A DNA stretch of 64,000 nt, taken from NCBI GenBank assembly GCA_965248515.1, contig CBDFJU010000002.1, positions 767,688 to 831,687 of the forward strand. Direction: 5' to 3'. Shown in pieces: positions 31,836-41,231 of this stretch. The notes beneath the pieces were generated by a model, which did no database searches, was not told where the DNA came from, and saw nothing but the letters and a program-made list of their open reading frames with translations. The translations under genes were made by a program, and so were the position numbers. The DNA comes from Dehalococcoidia bacterium. Lineage in GTDB: Bacteria; Chloroflexota; Dehalococcoidia; SHYB01. Numbering within the stretch: position 1 is the stretch's first letter; every line of letters begins with the position of its first letter.

Positions 31836-32803
31836 CCTGGCGCGTCCTCGTCTCGGCCCCCTACCTGGTTTCGAGGCTCGATCAGTACCGCGAAATGCTG
31901 TCCGGGAACGACGTCGAGCTCGTCGTTGCCGACGTCCGGGAGCGCCTTACCGAAGAGCAGTTGCTGGAGCACGTGGGCGACGTGGATGGGGCGATGTGCG
32001 GAGACGACCCGTATACGGAGCGAGTCATGCTCGCGGCCCCCAGACTCCGAGTGATCTCCAAATGGGGGACCGGAATAGATTCCATCGATCAGGAGGCCGC
32101 TGCCCGGCTCGGCATACGAGTCTGCAACACTCCCGGGGCCTTCGCCGATCCGGTCGCCGACTCGGTGATGTCGTACGTCCTGGCATTTGCGCGGCAGACG
32201 CCCTGGATGGACCGGGACGTGCGCTCAGGGATATGGCAGAAGCGCATGGGGGTCTCCCTTCGGGAATGCACGCTGGGCGTTATTGGCGTCGGGGCCATCG
32301 GCAAGTCGGTGGTGCGGCGCGCAGCCTCGTTCGGGATGAGGCTCCTCGGCAGCGACCCCGTCGAGGTCCCGATACCCTTCGCGGAGGCCCACGGACTCGA
32401 GATGACGCCCCTCGACGATCTTCTCGAGGCCGCCGACTACGTCAGTCTGAACTGCGACCTGAACCCGACTTCGTATCATCTGATGGGGGCTCGGGAGCTG
32501 GCGCTGATGAAACCCACCGCGTATCTCATCAACACTGCGCGCGGTCCCCTGATCGACGAGAGTGCCCTGGTCGAGGCGCTGGAAACGGAGCGAATCGCCG
32601 GGGCGGCCCTTGATGTCTTCGAGCAAGAACCGCTGCCGGCGGAGAGCCCGCTGCGCCGCCTGGAGAACACGATGCTCGCGCCCCACAACGCGAATGTCAG
32701 CCCAGAGGTGTGGCGCCGCGTCGATGAGAACACCCTCGCGAACCTGATTCGGGGCCTGCGAGAGGTCGAGCGGCGCGGCCCCGACAGTGATGGCGCCAGG
32801 TGA
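31832..32803 (+). CDS. D-2-hydroxyacid (phosphoglycerate-type) dehydrogenase
   Basis: KWGTGIDSID, GVIGVGAIG, INTARGPLIDE, DVFEQEPL, LAPHNA. Confidence 0.9.
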   Translation: MTWRVLVSAPYLVSRLDQYREMLSGNDVELVVADVRERLTEEQLLEHVGDVDGAMCGDDPYTERVMLAAPRLRVISKWGTGIDSIDQEAAARLGIRVCNTPGAFADPVADSVMSYVLAFARQTPWMDRDVRSGIWQKRMGVSLRECTLGVIGVGAIGKSVVRRAASFGMRLLGSDPVEVPIPFAEAHGLEMTPLDDLLEAADYVSLNCDLNPTSYHLMGARELALMKPTAYLINTARGPLIDESALVEALETERIAGAALDVFEQEPLPAESPLRRLENTMLAPHNANVSPEVWRRVDENTLANLIRGLREVERRGPDSDGAR

Positions 32804-33822
32804 CCAGGAGGACCGGCAATGCTGTTGTCCTTCACGGCCCTGGCGAGGCGTCCCTGGAAGAGGTCCCGGTCCCTGAACCGGGCCCCGGCGATGCGCTCAT
32901 TCGGGTGGCCTATGAAGGCGTCTGCGGCACGGACCTGGAGATGCTTCACGGCACCCTCGGCTATTTTCGAGACGGGCTGTCGAGCTATCCCATCGTCCCA
33001 GGACACGAGTTCTCGGGCGAAGTCGTCGCGGTTGCGAGCGACGTGAAGAGCGTGGGCGTGGGCGCGCGGGTCGTGTGCGAGCCGATCCAGAGCTGCGGAC
33101 GCTGCGATGCCTGCGTGGCCGGCAACTGGGTCGCCTGCCCCGAGCGGGTCGAGCTCGGTGTCATGCGACGGGACGGGGCCTACGCCGACTTTGTTCGCGT
33201 TCCAGCGAGATTTTTACACGAGCTCCCGAAGGATGTTGAGCTCGAGACGGGGGCGCTATGCGAGCCCCTCGCGGTGGTGATGAAGGGGCTCCGACGCCTG
33301 GAGCGCGCCTGGGCCCTGGGTCCTTCGAAACGCTGCGCGGTTGTCGGGGCCGGGCCCATCGGCCATCTCGCGGCGCAGGTGCTGAGGCACCGCGGCCACC
33401 CTGTCGTGGCCGTGGATACCGACTCCCACCGTCGAAGCATCCTGGAGGCCTTGGGCGTCGAGACAAGTGACACGATGTCCGAGCTCGGGGACGCTGCGGC
33501 GATCGTCGAAGCCACCGGGTCCGTCGGAGCCCTCGATGCCGCGTTGGGCGCCGCTGCTCCCGGCGCCGCCGTTCTCCTGCTCGGACTTCCCTACGGCAAG
33601 CTGACCTTCGACTTCGAGGGCCTGGTCGCTTACGATAGGAGCATCGTCGGCTCAGTGGGCAGCGGCCCCGAGGACTTTGGTGAAGCTATACAGATGCTGC
33701 CTTTGCTCGATACGCGGTCGTTGACCGCGGGCGTCTTTCCCCTGGCAGGGTTCCGCGACGCCTGGACGAGCCTCGAGCGACGGGAGCACCTGAAAGTCAT
33801 GTTGAAAGTCGCCGCGGCGTGA
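32800..33822 (+). CDS. Zinc-binding alcohol dehydrogenase (MDR)
   Basis: GVCGTD, PGHEFSG, CGRCDAC...C, GAGPIG. Confidence 0.9.
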   Translation: MTRRTGNAVVLHGPGEASLEEVPVPEPGPGDALIRVAYEGVCGTDLEMLHGTLGYFRDGLSSYPIVPGHEFSGEVVAVASDVKSVGVGARVVCEPIQSCGRCDACVAGNWVACPERVELGVMRRDGAYADFVRVPARFLHELPKDVELETGALCEPLAVVMKGLRRLERAWALGPSKRCAVVGAGPIGHLAAQVLRHRGHPVVAVDTDSHRRSILEALGVETSDTMSELGDAAAIVEATGSVGALDAALGAAAPGAAVLLLGLPYGKLTFDFEGLVAYDRSIVGSVGSGPEDFGEAIQMLPLLDTRSLTAGVFPLAGFRDAWTSLERREHLKVMLKVAAA

Positions 33823-34739
33823 CCGCGAAGAAGGCCCTGGTGACGGGGGGAGCCGGCTTCATCGGCTCCCACATCGTCGACGACCTGCTGGGTCAGGGGC
33901 TCGACGTGGTCGTGATCGATAACCTCTCCACGGGGAGGAAAGAGCACGTCGCGGCGGGCGCCAGGCTCGTCGAGATGGACATCCGCGACCCCGGACTCTC
34001 GAAGGTGTTCAAGGAGTCCAGGCCCGACGTGTTGTTTCACTGCGCGGCCCAGTCGAGCGTCGTCGTCTCTTCGGAAGACCCGATCGTCGACGCCGAGAGC
34101 AACATCATCGGCTCCCTGAACCTGCTCCAGGCGTGTCGTAAGCACGGTGTCGGCCGCTTTATCTACTCCTCCACTGGCGGCGCCCTCTACGGCGATCCCG
34201 AGCGCCTGCCCTGCGACGAGGACCATCCCCTTCGCCCCACGGCCCCCTACGGCGTGAGCAAGGCCACCGTTGAGCTTTACCTGCGCAGTTTCAACGTCCT
34301 CTGCGGGCTCGATTACACAGTGCTTCGTTACGGCAACGTCTACGGGCCGAGGCAGGATCCTTTCGGCGAGGCCGGGGTCATCGCCATCTTCTCGCAGCGA
34401 ATGCTTCGAGGCGAGGAGGTCACCATCTTCGGCGACGGCACTCAGGAGCGGGATTTCGTTTATGTCAGTGACATCGTCGAAGCCAACATCAAGGCCATGG
34501 GGCAGAGCGACAACGGTACTTACAACGTCGGCACAGGACAAGGGGCGAACGTGAACCGGCTGTTCGAGCGACTGGCTCGCCTCTCCGGTTCCGCGTTGGC
34601 TCCTCGTTACGAGCCGTCCCGGAAGGGCGAAGTGTACAAAGTCTATCTCGATGTCGCCCACGCCCGGGCCGCTCTCGGATGGGAAGCGAGGGTGGGTCTC
34701 GACGACGGGCTCGCTCTCACAGTCGAAAGCTTTCGATAG
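33819..34739 (+). CDS. UDP-glucose 4-epimerase-like SDR
   Basis: TGGAGFIGSH, STGGALYG, YGVSK, RYGNVYGPRQDP. Confidence 0.88.
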   Translation: MTAKKALVTGGAGFIGSHIVDDLLGQGLDVVVIDNLSTGRKEHVAAGARLVEMDIRDPGLSKVFKESRPDVLFHCAAQSSVVVSSEDPIVDAESNIIGSLNLLQACRKHGVGRFIYSSTGGALYGDPERLPCDEDHPLRPTAPYGVSKATVELYLRSFNVLCGLDYTVLRYGNVYGPRQDPFGEAGVIAIFSQRMLRGEEVTIFGDGTQERDFVYVSDIVEANIKAMGQSDNGTYNVGTGQGANVNRLFERLARLSGSALAPRYEPSRKGEVYKVYLDVAHARAALGWEARVGLDDGLALTVESFR

Positions 34740-34745
34740 CTGCTC

Positions 34746-35903
34746 TTGCTAAGAGTCCTCTCTATCTTCGGGACGCGCCCCGAGGCCATCAAGATGGCGC
34801 CGGTGGTGGCCGAGCTTCGGAAGCATGCCGACCGAATCGAGTCCCACGTCTGCGTTACGGCTCAGCACCGCGAGATGCTCGACCAGGTACTCGATCTTTT
34901 CCGGATAGCGCCCGACATCGACCTGGACCTCATGGAGAAGGACCAGACACCCTCGACGCTGACCAGCGGGGCGATGACCGCCGTCACTGGAGTCCTCGAG
35001 CGGGTCGAGCCCGACGTGGTGCTCGTCCAAGGGGACACCACTACGGCCATGGTGGCCGCCCTCGCCGCCTTCTATCGGAAGGTCCCGGTGGGGCACGTCG
35101 AGGCTGGGCTTCGGACCGGCGATCGCTACAGTCCCTTCCCGGAGGAGATCAACCGCCGGATCATCGACGTCCTGGCGACCTACTGCTTCGCGCCTACCCG
35201 GACTTCCGCCGACGCGCTTCTGGCGGAGGGTGTGGCGCCGGCAACGGTCACGGTGACCGGAAACACGGTCATCGACGCGCTGCTCGACGTGTCCGGGCGG
35301 CCGCCCTCCCCACGGGCCCTCGAGCTGCTGAAGTCTCTGGGCGTGCCCGTGGCGCGCCCGTGGGTAGGCGGGGACGCACGCAAGCATATCCTGGTGACGG
35401 CGCACCGGCGTGAGAATTTCGGTGGGCCACTCGAGGAGATTTGCCGGGCTCTTCGAGAGCTGGCCGAGTCTAATCCCGAGGTCAGCATCACTTATCCGGT
35501 GCATCTGAACCCGAACGTTCGCGAACCGGTCGAGCAGCTCCTCGGTGGGGTCGCCGGCGTCAACCTGATCGACCCCCTCGACTACGAGCCTTTCGTCCAA
35601 CTTATGGCCCGGTCCTACCTCGTCTTGACCGACTCCGGGGGGATTCAGGAAGAGGCACCAGCGCTGGGCGTGCCGGTGCTGGTGATGCGCCGGGAGACCG
35701 AGCGTCCCGAGGCGGTCGAGGCGGGAACGGTCGAAGTGGTCGGCACCGAGACAACGACGATAGTCGACAGGGCGCAGGGGCTGTTACGGGACCGAAGCGC
35801 CTACGACAAGATGGCGCGGGCGGTGAGCCCGTATGGCGATGGGCATAGCGCCGCGCGCATTGTGGGGGTCCTCCTCGACTCGAACGGGCTGGGGGGACGG
35901 TAG
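34746..35903 (+). CDS. wecB: UDP-N-acetylglucosamine 2-epimerase (non-hydrolysing)
   Basis: FGTRPEAIKMAP, QGDTTT, HVEAGLRT, TAHRREN, TDSGGIQEE, TERPEA. Confidence 0.95.
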   Translation: MLRVLSIFGTRPEAIKMAPVVAELRKHADRIESHVCVTAQHREMLDQVLDLFRIAPDIDLDLMEKDQTPSTLTSGAMTAVTGVLERVEPDVVLVQGDTTTAMVAALAAFYRKVPVGHVEAGLRTGDRYSPFPEEINRRIIDVLATYCFAPTRTSADALLAEGVAPATVTVTGNTVIDALLDVSGRPPSPRALELLKSLGVPVARPWVGGDARKHILVTAHRRENFGGPLEEICRALRELAESNPEVSITYPVHLNPNVREPVEQLLGGVAGVNLIDPLDYEPFVQLMARSYLVLTDSGGIQEEAPALGVPVLVMRRETERPEAVEAGTVEVVGTETTTIVDRAQGLLRDRSAYDKMARAVSPYGDGHSAARIVGVLLDSNGLGGR

Positions 35904-35927
35904 CGCCGCGCCTCCGAACATCCCGGA

Positions 35928-35966
35928 ACGCACCGAGGGCCGCTGAACCAGCGGCCCTCGGTGCGT
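35928..35966. terminator. Perfect 18-bp inverted repeat between convergent genes
   Basis: ACGCACCGAGGGCCGCTG-AAC-CAGCGGCCCTCGGTGCGT; no clear U-tract. Confidence 0.7.
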
Positions 35967-35982
35967 CTTCGGGGGTCGGGTC

Positions 35983-37167
35983 TTACCGATGTGGAGCGAG
36001 CGTGCGCGCGCCCTCCCCGAGCAACCTCAGAAGGTTCTTCATGAACGGAATCCGGAGAAGTGTCTTGATCGGCTTGCTGTGCCAGTCGAAGTTGAGCGAC
36101 GGAGACTCAATAAGGCCTCGCGCAATGCGATTGTGCGAGAGCTGCTTGACCACGTAGTTGAGCTGCTTGTTGCCGAGCAGCTCAAAGAGACTTCGGGCGG
36201 TGTAACCAACCTCCATCTCCTCACCGAACAACCGGTCGCACTCCTTCTCATAGACCGAGAGAAAGGAATCGGAGAGGTCGTCGGTAACGAGTCCCCGATG
36301 GAGCGTTTCGGCGGCCACGCCCCCGGCAAGCAGTCCGTAATAGATGCCCCCGCCGGTCATGGGCTTCACCTGACCCGCCGCGTCCCCCGCCACCAGGACT
36401 CTGGAACGCGACATTCTGGGAAGCGTTCTCATGGGGACGCCCCATCGTTCCGGGCCGGACACCACTGCTTTGATCTTCCCCTCGTCCTTGAGGGTTGCGA
36501 TAAGGCCGTTCAACAGGTCGAAGTCGCGGCTGCGGGAAAGCAGCCCCACCAGAGCTTTGTCCTTGCTGGTGGGTATCAGCCAAGCGAAGAACCCGGGCGC
36601 GATCTCATGATCCAGGAAGACGTCGATCTCCTCGAGGTTGGGCGCCTTCACGACAGCCTGAGTCCCAATCGCGAAATCCTCGACCTGGCTCAAGCCCGCC
36701 AGGCGGGTCAGGTTAGATCCGAATCCGCTGGCGACGACGGCGCACCGGGCCTCAACGAGCTCGGGGCCAGCGCCGTTCTGGATCACCGCGCGGACGCAGT
36801 CGTCATCCACCTGAAGAGAACGGACCGCGTGTCCCAGGCGGTACTTGGCCCCGAACTCACGGGCCTGGTCGGCGAAACTGGCGACGTAGGACACTCGGTC
36901 CAGGATGTACGCGGGCGGCTCGTCGCGCTCGAGGCGCAGGCGCGCCCCCGATGGGGAGTTGACCTCGGCAGCCGAGGCGGGACGGTAGATCTGCGACGCC
37001 GCGGCTGGAAACTGTCGAAGGCACTCCGCGCCAACGATGCCGCTGCATAGCTTGTCCCCGATGTTATGGCGGCGGTCGACGACGGTTACAGCATGACCGC
37101 GTCTTGCCAGCCCCAATGCTGCCTGATTTCCCGCGGGGCCGGCGCCAATGACGAGAACGTCATCCAA
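35983..37167 (-). CDS. Geranylgeranyl reductase-family flavoprotein
   Basis: DVLVIGAGPAG, CSG, APGFFAWLIP, GDAAGQVKPMTGGGIYYG. Confidence 0.88.
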   Translation of the reverse strand: MDDVLVIGAGPAGNQAALGLARRGHAVTVVDRRHNIGDKLCSGIVGAECLRQFPAAASQIYRPASAAEVNSPSGARLRLERDEPPAYILDRVSYVASFADQAREFGAKYRLGHAVRSLQVDDDCVRAVIQNGAGPELVEARCAVVASGFGSNLTRLAGLSQVEDFAIGTQAVVKAPNLEEIDVFLDHEIAPGFFAWLIPTSKDKALVGLLSRSRDFDLLNGLIATLKDEGKIKAVVSGPERWGVPMRTLPRMSRSRVLVAGDAAGQVKPMTGGGIYYGLLAGGVAAETLHRGLVTDDLSDSFLSVYEKECDRLFGEEMEVGYTARSLFELLGNKQLNYVVKQLSHNRIARGLIESPSLNFDWHSKPIKTLLRIPFMKNLLRLLGEGARTLAPHR

Positions 37168-37226
37168 GTTAAGCGGTCTCCAGAGCGTAGCGAATCCCGG
37201 AGGGACTCGGAGTAGATGGCCCTGGG

Positions 37227-37304
37227 ATTATAGCAGAGACTGTGACGCGAATCACGAAGGCGGCGCCATCGAAACGTGGCCGAAATCGAGCTGTCGCATA
37301 TAAT
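37227..37304. promoter_or_regulatory. Back-to-back -10 boxes of the reductase/kinase divergon
   Basis: Minus strand TGCTATAAT (extended -10, TATAAT at 37232-37227); plus strand TATAAT at 37299-37304. Confidence 0.55.
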
Positions 37305-37338
37305 GCTGCGAGCGCCATGACGTAGGCCGATCATTACT

Positions 37339-37989
37339 ATGAAACCCTCCTCGACGGCCACACACGAGCACACGACGGTCCCTCCGCTCGCTCCCTTAAC
37401 CCAATCGGCAGGCCTGAAAAGACGCCTGATCCACATCACGGCTGGCTCGTTCTTTCCGGTCCTGTTGATCTTCTTTCCCAGGATTCCGGTGCTGTCCGCC
37501 TCTCTTGCTGTCTTTGGCGTTGCCCTCGCCGTGGAGATAGCCCGCCTTCGATACCCGGAGGTCAATCGGTGGGTCATCCGACGTGTGGGGTCGCTCATGA
37601 AGCCCGCTGAGCATTCCAGGCCCCTGGGCGTGACCTATTGGCTCGCCTCCACCCCCCTTGTGATCGGGGTGATGCCACAACCAGTGGCGGTCCTTGTCCT
37701 CCTGTATTTGGCGGTTGGAGATTCCGTGGCGCCAGTGGTCGGAGGCCGCTATGGCCGCCATCATCTCTTCGGGAAGACTCTGGAAGGATCGGCGGCGTTC
37801 CTGGCAAGCTGCCTGGCGGTCGGCTGGGTCCTGCTGGCGACTGGGCTTGAGACGTCCGTTCCGGTGATGTTCGTCGGGGCTGTCGCCGCTGCCATCGTCG
37901 AACTGGTTCCCAGCCCCATGAACGATAACGTGAAGGTACCGCTGGCGACGGGCGGCCTGCTTGTTCTCGTTTCCCACTTTTGGGGCTGA
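37339..37989 (+). CDS. CTP-dependent phytol/dolichol/diacylglycerol kinase-family membrane protein
   Basis: RRLIH, LAVGDSVAPVVGGRYG, GKTLEGSAA, DNVKVP; multi-TM. Confidence 0.82.
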   Translation: MKPSSTATHEHTTVPPLAPLTQSAGLKRRLIHITAGSFFPVLLIFFPRIPVLSASLAVFGVALAVEIARLRYPEVNRWVIRRVGSLMKPAEHSRPLGVTYWLASTPLVIGVMPQPVAVLVLLYLAVGDSVAPVVGGRYGRHHLFGKTLEGSAAFLASCLAVGWVLLATGLETSVPVMFVGAVAAAIVELVPSPMNDNVKVPLATGGLLVLVSHFWG

Positions 37990-38003
37990 CAACCAGCCGT
38001 CAG

Positions 38004-41000
38004 TTAGGAGGAAACGACGCGGCGGAGGGCAGCCATCACTGCTTCCCGCTTGATTGGCTTGGATACATAGTCGTCCATGCCGGCGGCAAGGCAACGCTCC
38101 CGGTCCCCCTTCATGGCGTGGGCCGTCATGGCTACGATGGGCAGGTGTTTCCCCGTCGTTAGCTCCCGCTCCCGAATTCGTGTCGTCGTCTGGAAGCCGT
38201 CCATGTTGGGCATCTGGATGTCCATGATCACGGCGTCGAAGATTTCACTTTCCAGGGCCTGAAGAGCCTCGATGCCGTCAGCGACGGCTTTGACATGACA
38301 GCCGGATCGCTCCAGGATCCGCACTCCGACCTTTCGCGAAATCGGGTCATCCTCCGCGAGTAGTAGCCGAAAGGGCGGCCCGTCTGAGGGCGGTTTCTCG
38401 GGGGCGTGAGCGGTATCGTTCCTCGGAGGCGGGTCACCAGTCCCAACCACCGAGTTGATCGCGGCATACAGCTCGGACCTCCTGATAGGCTTGGTGAGAC
38501 AAGAGAAGAGCCCCATGTCCGACGCTGGAGCGGCGTGGCCCGCGGCGCTCGAAGTGAGAATAATAACCGGCGTCTTGTCGACACGGGGCTGCTCACGCAT
38601 CCAGCCCGCCAGCTCGAAGCCGTCCATCTCGGGCATGCGCGCGTCGAGCAGGGCCAGTGAAAAGTCGCCGCCATCGTCGCCGGAACGAGAGTAGAGCTCC
38701 ATCGCCTCCGCCGCTCCCGTCGCGGTAGTCGGCCGCATCCCCCAACTGGCGAGCAGGACCTCGAGGATGCGGAGGTTCGTGGTGTTGTCGTCGACGACAA
38801 GGACTCGCAGGCCCGTCAGATCAGGGTCGATCCCCCTCCGGGCATCCACGGCCGCTTTATCATCGGTGTTGAAACGGGCGGTGAAGTGGAAAGTACTCCC
38901 TTTTCCCGAATCGCTTTCGACCCAGATGCGGCCGCCGATCATGCCAACAAGCGACGAGCAGATCGCAAGGCCCAGCCCGGTGCCGCCATAGCGGCGGGTC
39001 GTCGAGCCGTCGGCCTGCGTGAAGACCTCGAAGATGGCGTCGAGCTTATCGCGAGGGATGCCGATACCAGTGTCGGCGACGGTGAAGTGCCATGCCGGCT
39101 CGCCCTCCGCCCGCTCCTCTTTCCCGACGCGGACCACTACCTCCCCCTCGTCGGTGAACCTGACCGCATTGCTGAGCAGGTTGACGAGTATCTGGCCCAG
39201 CCTGTGCGGGTCCCCTCGGAGCTTCACCGGGACGTCATTGGGAAGTTCATAGGTGAGCTCCAGGTGCTTTTCGCCGGCGCTGGCGGTTACCGTCGTCAGC
39301 GCGGTCTCGATTGCCTCGCCCAGGTCAAAAGGCACGTCGTCCAAGTCCAGCTTTCCGGCCTCGATCTTGGAGAAGTCGAGAACGTCGTCAATCAGCGCCA
39401 GCAACTGGTTGGCGGAAACCTGGACGCTCTCGAGGTAGTCGCGCTGCTCGGCCGAGAGGTCTGTGTCCAATGTCAGCTCGGTGAACCCGATGATCCCGTT
39501 CATGGGGGTCCTGATCTCATGGCTAATGTTGGCCACGAATTGACTCTTTGCGTGGCTCGCGAGCTCCGCTTTGGCGGCTATTTCGTTTGCCAGCAGCGTT
39601 GCTTGCTGCAGGTCTCCGTTGGTCTCGATGAGGGCTCTGTTGGCTTGCTCCGCCCCCTCCTTCGCCCGCTGTAGCTCTTGCTCGGCGAGCTTTCGTTCCG
39701 TGACGTCGGTGGCTATCAGGATCAGCCCGACCACACTCCCGTCGCGCTCCATGGGACCGACCCGGGTCGTGTGCCATGTGCCGGGAGCCCTGGCAAGCTC
39801 GTATGTGTCCATGACGCCCGTGGTGAGCACCCGGTGAAAGCACTGGCGCACCACCTCGTGGTAGGCGATGGGTATGTAGTCGAAGATGGACCTCCCAATG
39901 AACTCTTCCACGCTGTGCCCGTGTAGCGCATGGTTCACGAAAAGCATCGTTCCTTTGAAGTCCACGGTGATGATCAGGTCCGGGGCGTTCTCCGCCACGC
40001 CACGGAACCGCGCCTCGCTCTCGCGAAGGGCCTCCTCGACGCGGCGCCGCTCCGTGTTCTCGACCTACATGCTCTGGTTGGCCTCGGAAAGCTCGATGGC
40101 GAGGTCCTCGATGCGCTGTGAGCGGGTCGACCGGCTGGAGACGTAGAGACCGAGAAGCACCGTGGCGACAAGCCCTCCCGAAAGAGCCACCCAGCGCTGT
40201 ATCGGGTTCTCACCGCTCAGGAAGTCGGGGCCTGGATGAAGCAGGAGAGACCACTCTCGGCCGGCGATCTCCAGCGACTCGATACGATGGATGCCCCGCC
40301 GAATTCCGTCCTCGAGGGCGGAGTCTTCTCCTATCATCAGGGCAGGACCTGGCTTGCCGGGTCCCGACTCCGGGGGGTATCGGTAGAGCAGCCGAGTCTG
40401 GACACCGGGGGTCTTATCGAGCACCAGAAAACTCATTCCCTCGATCCCAGCCACCGCTTGGGCCGCGAGACCGTCGATGCGCAATGCGGCCACGGCGAAT
40501 CCAGTCAGACCCTCCGCCCGTTGGGTCGGCGTATCTAAGGCGGCCCCTTTGACGAAGGTCGGATAGAAGACCAGGTATCCGGTCAGCGGCTCGAATCCTC
40601 CACCGATGGGCATTTCCCGGTTCCCCGAACCGCCCCAGGTGTCGAGCACCGGGCCAAGGTCGAAGAATGGGGAAGGGAGCACAGCCAGGTCGAGCCCGAG
40701 ACCTTCTTGAAGGCCTTCGGTCGGCAGCATGTAGTAGATCGGGTAGTACTCGGGTCGCGTTCCGGCCGGGACGAACCGCAACGATTTGTCGAGTTCGGTG
40801 ATACGGAAGCCCTGAAGGCCGTTGAGGCGAGCCTGGGCTTCGAACGCTGGTCTATCCTTCAAGAGAACGCGTGGCACCCATCCAAGCACATTGATGCTGG
40901 TATGGTCCTCGAAGGCCCCGGACACGAACGTGCCGAACTCGTCGCGGGCCACCTCATCGCTGCTGGCGAAGAACCGACCTATGGACCGAAGCACTTCGAG

Positions 41001-41231
41001 GTCGTTATTGACGGCGGTCTCGAGTGCAGCCGCAACGGCAAGCCCCTCCCTTGCGAACGCGCTCTCACGGCGCTCGTAGTCCAGCCTTTGATAAAGGAGG
41101 AACGCGCCGACTGAAAGAAGCCCGCCGGCTAGCACGGCCAGCACCACCGGAAGGGTTGAACGGGGCGTCCAGTCCCCGCTGCCGCGCTTCCGACGGGCCC
41201 GCTCGCTAGGCGGCTTTGACGGCTGTCCCAC
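38004..41231 (-). CDS. CHASE-PAS hybrid sensor histidine kinase with two receiver domains; in-frame TAG at 40067-40065
   Basis: TM-CHASE-TM (ORF 40065..41297) reads in frame through SM*VENTERRR into ORF 38004..39998 (PAS, SHEIRTPMNG H-box, DTGIG, GGTGLGL, two REC domains); start uncertain. Confidence 0.82.
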
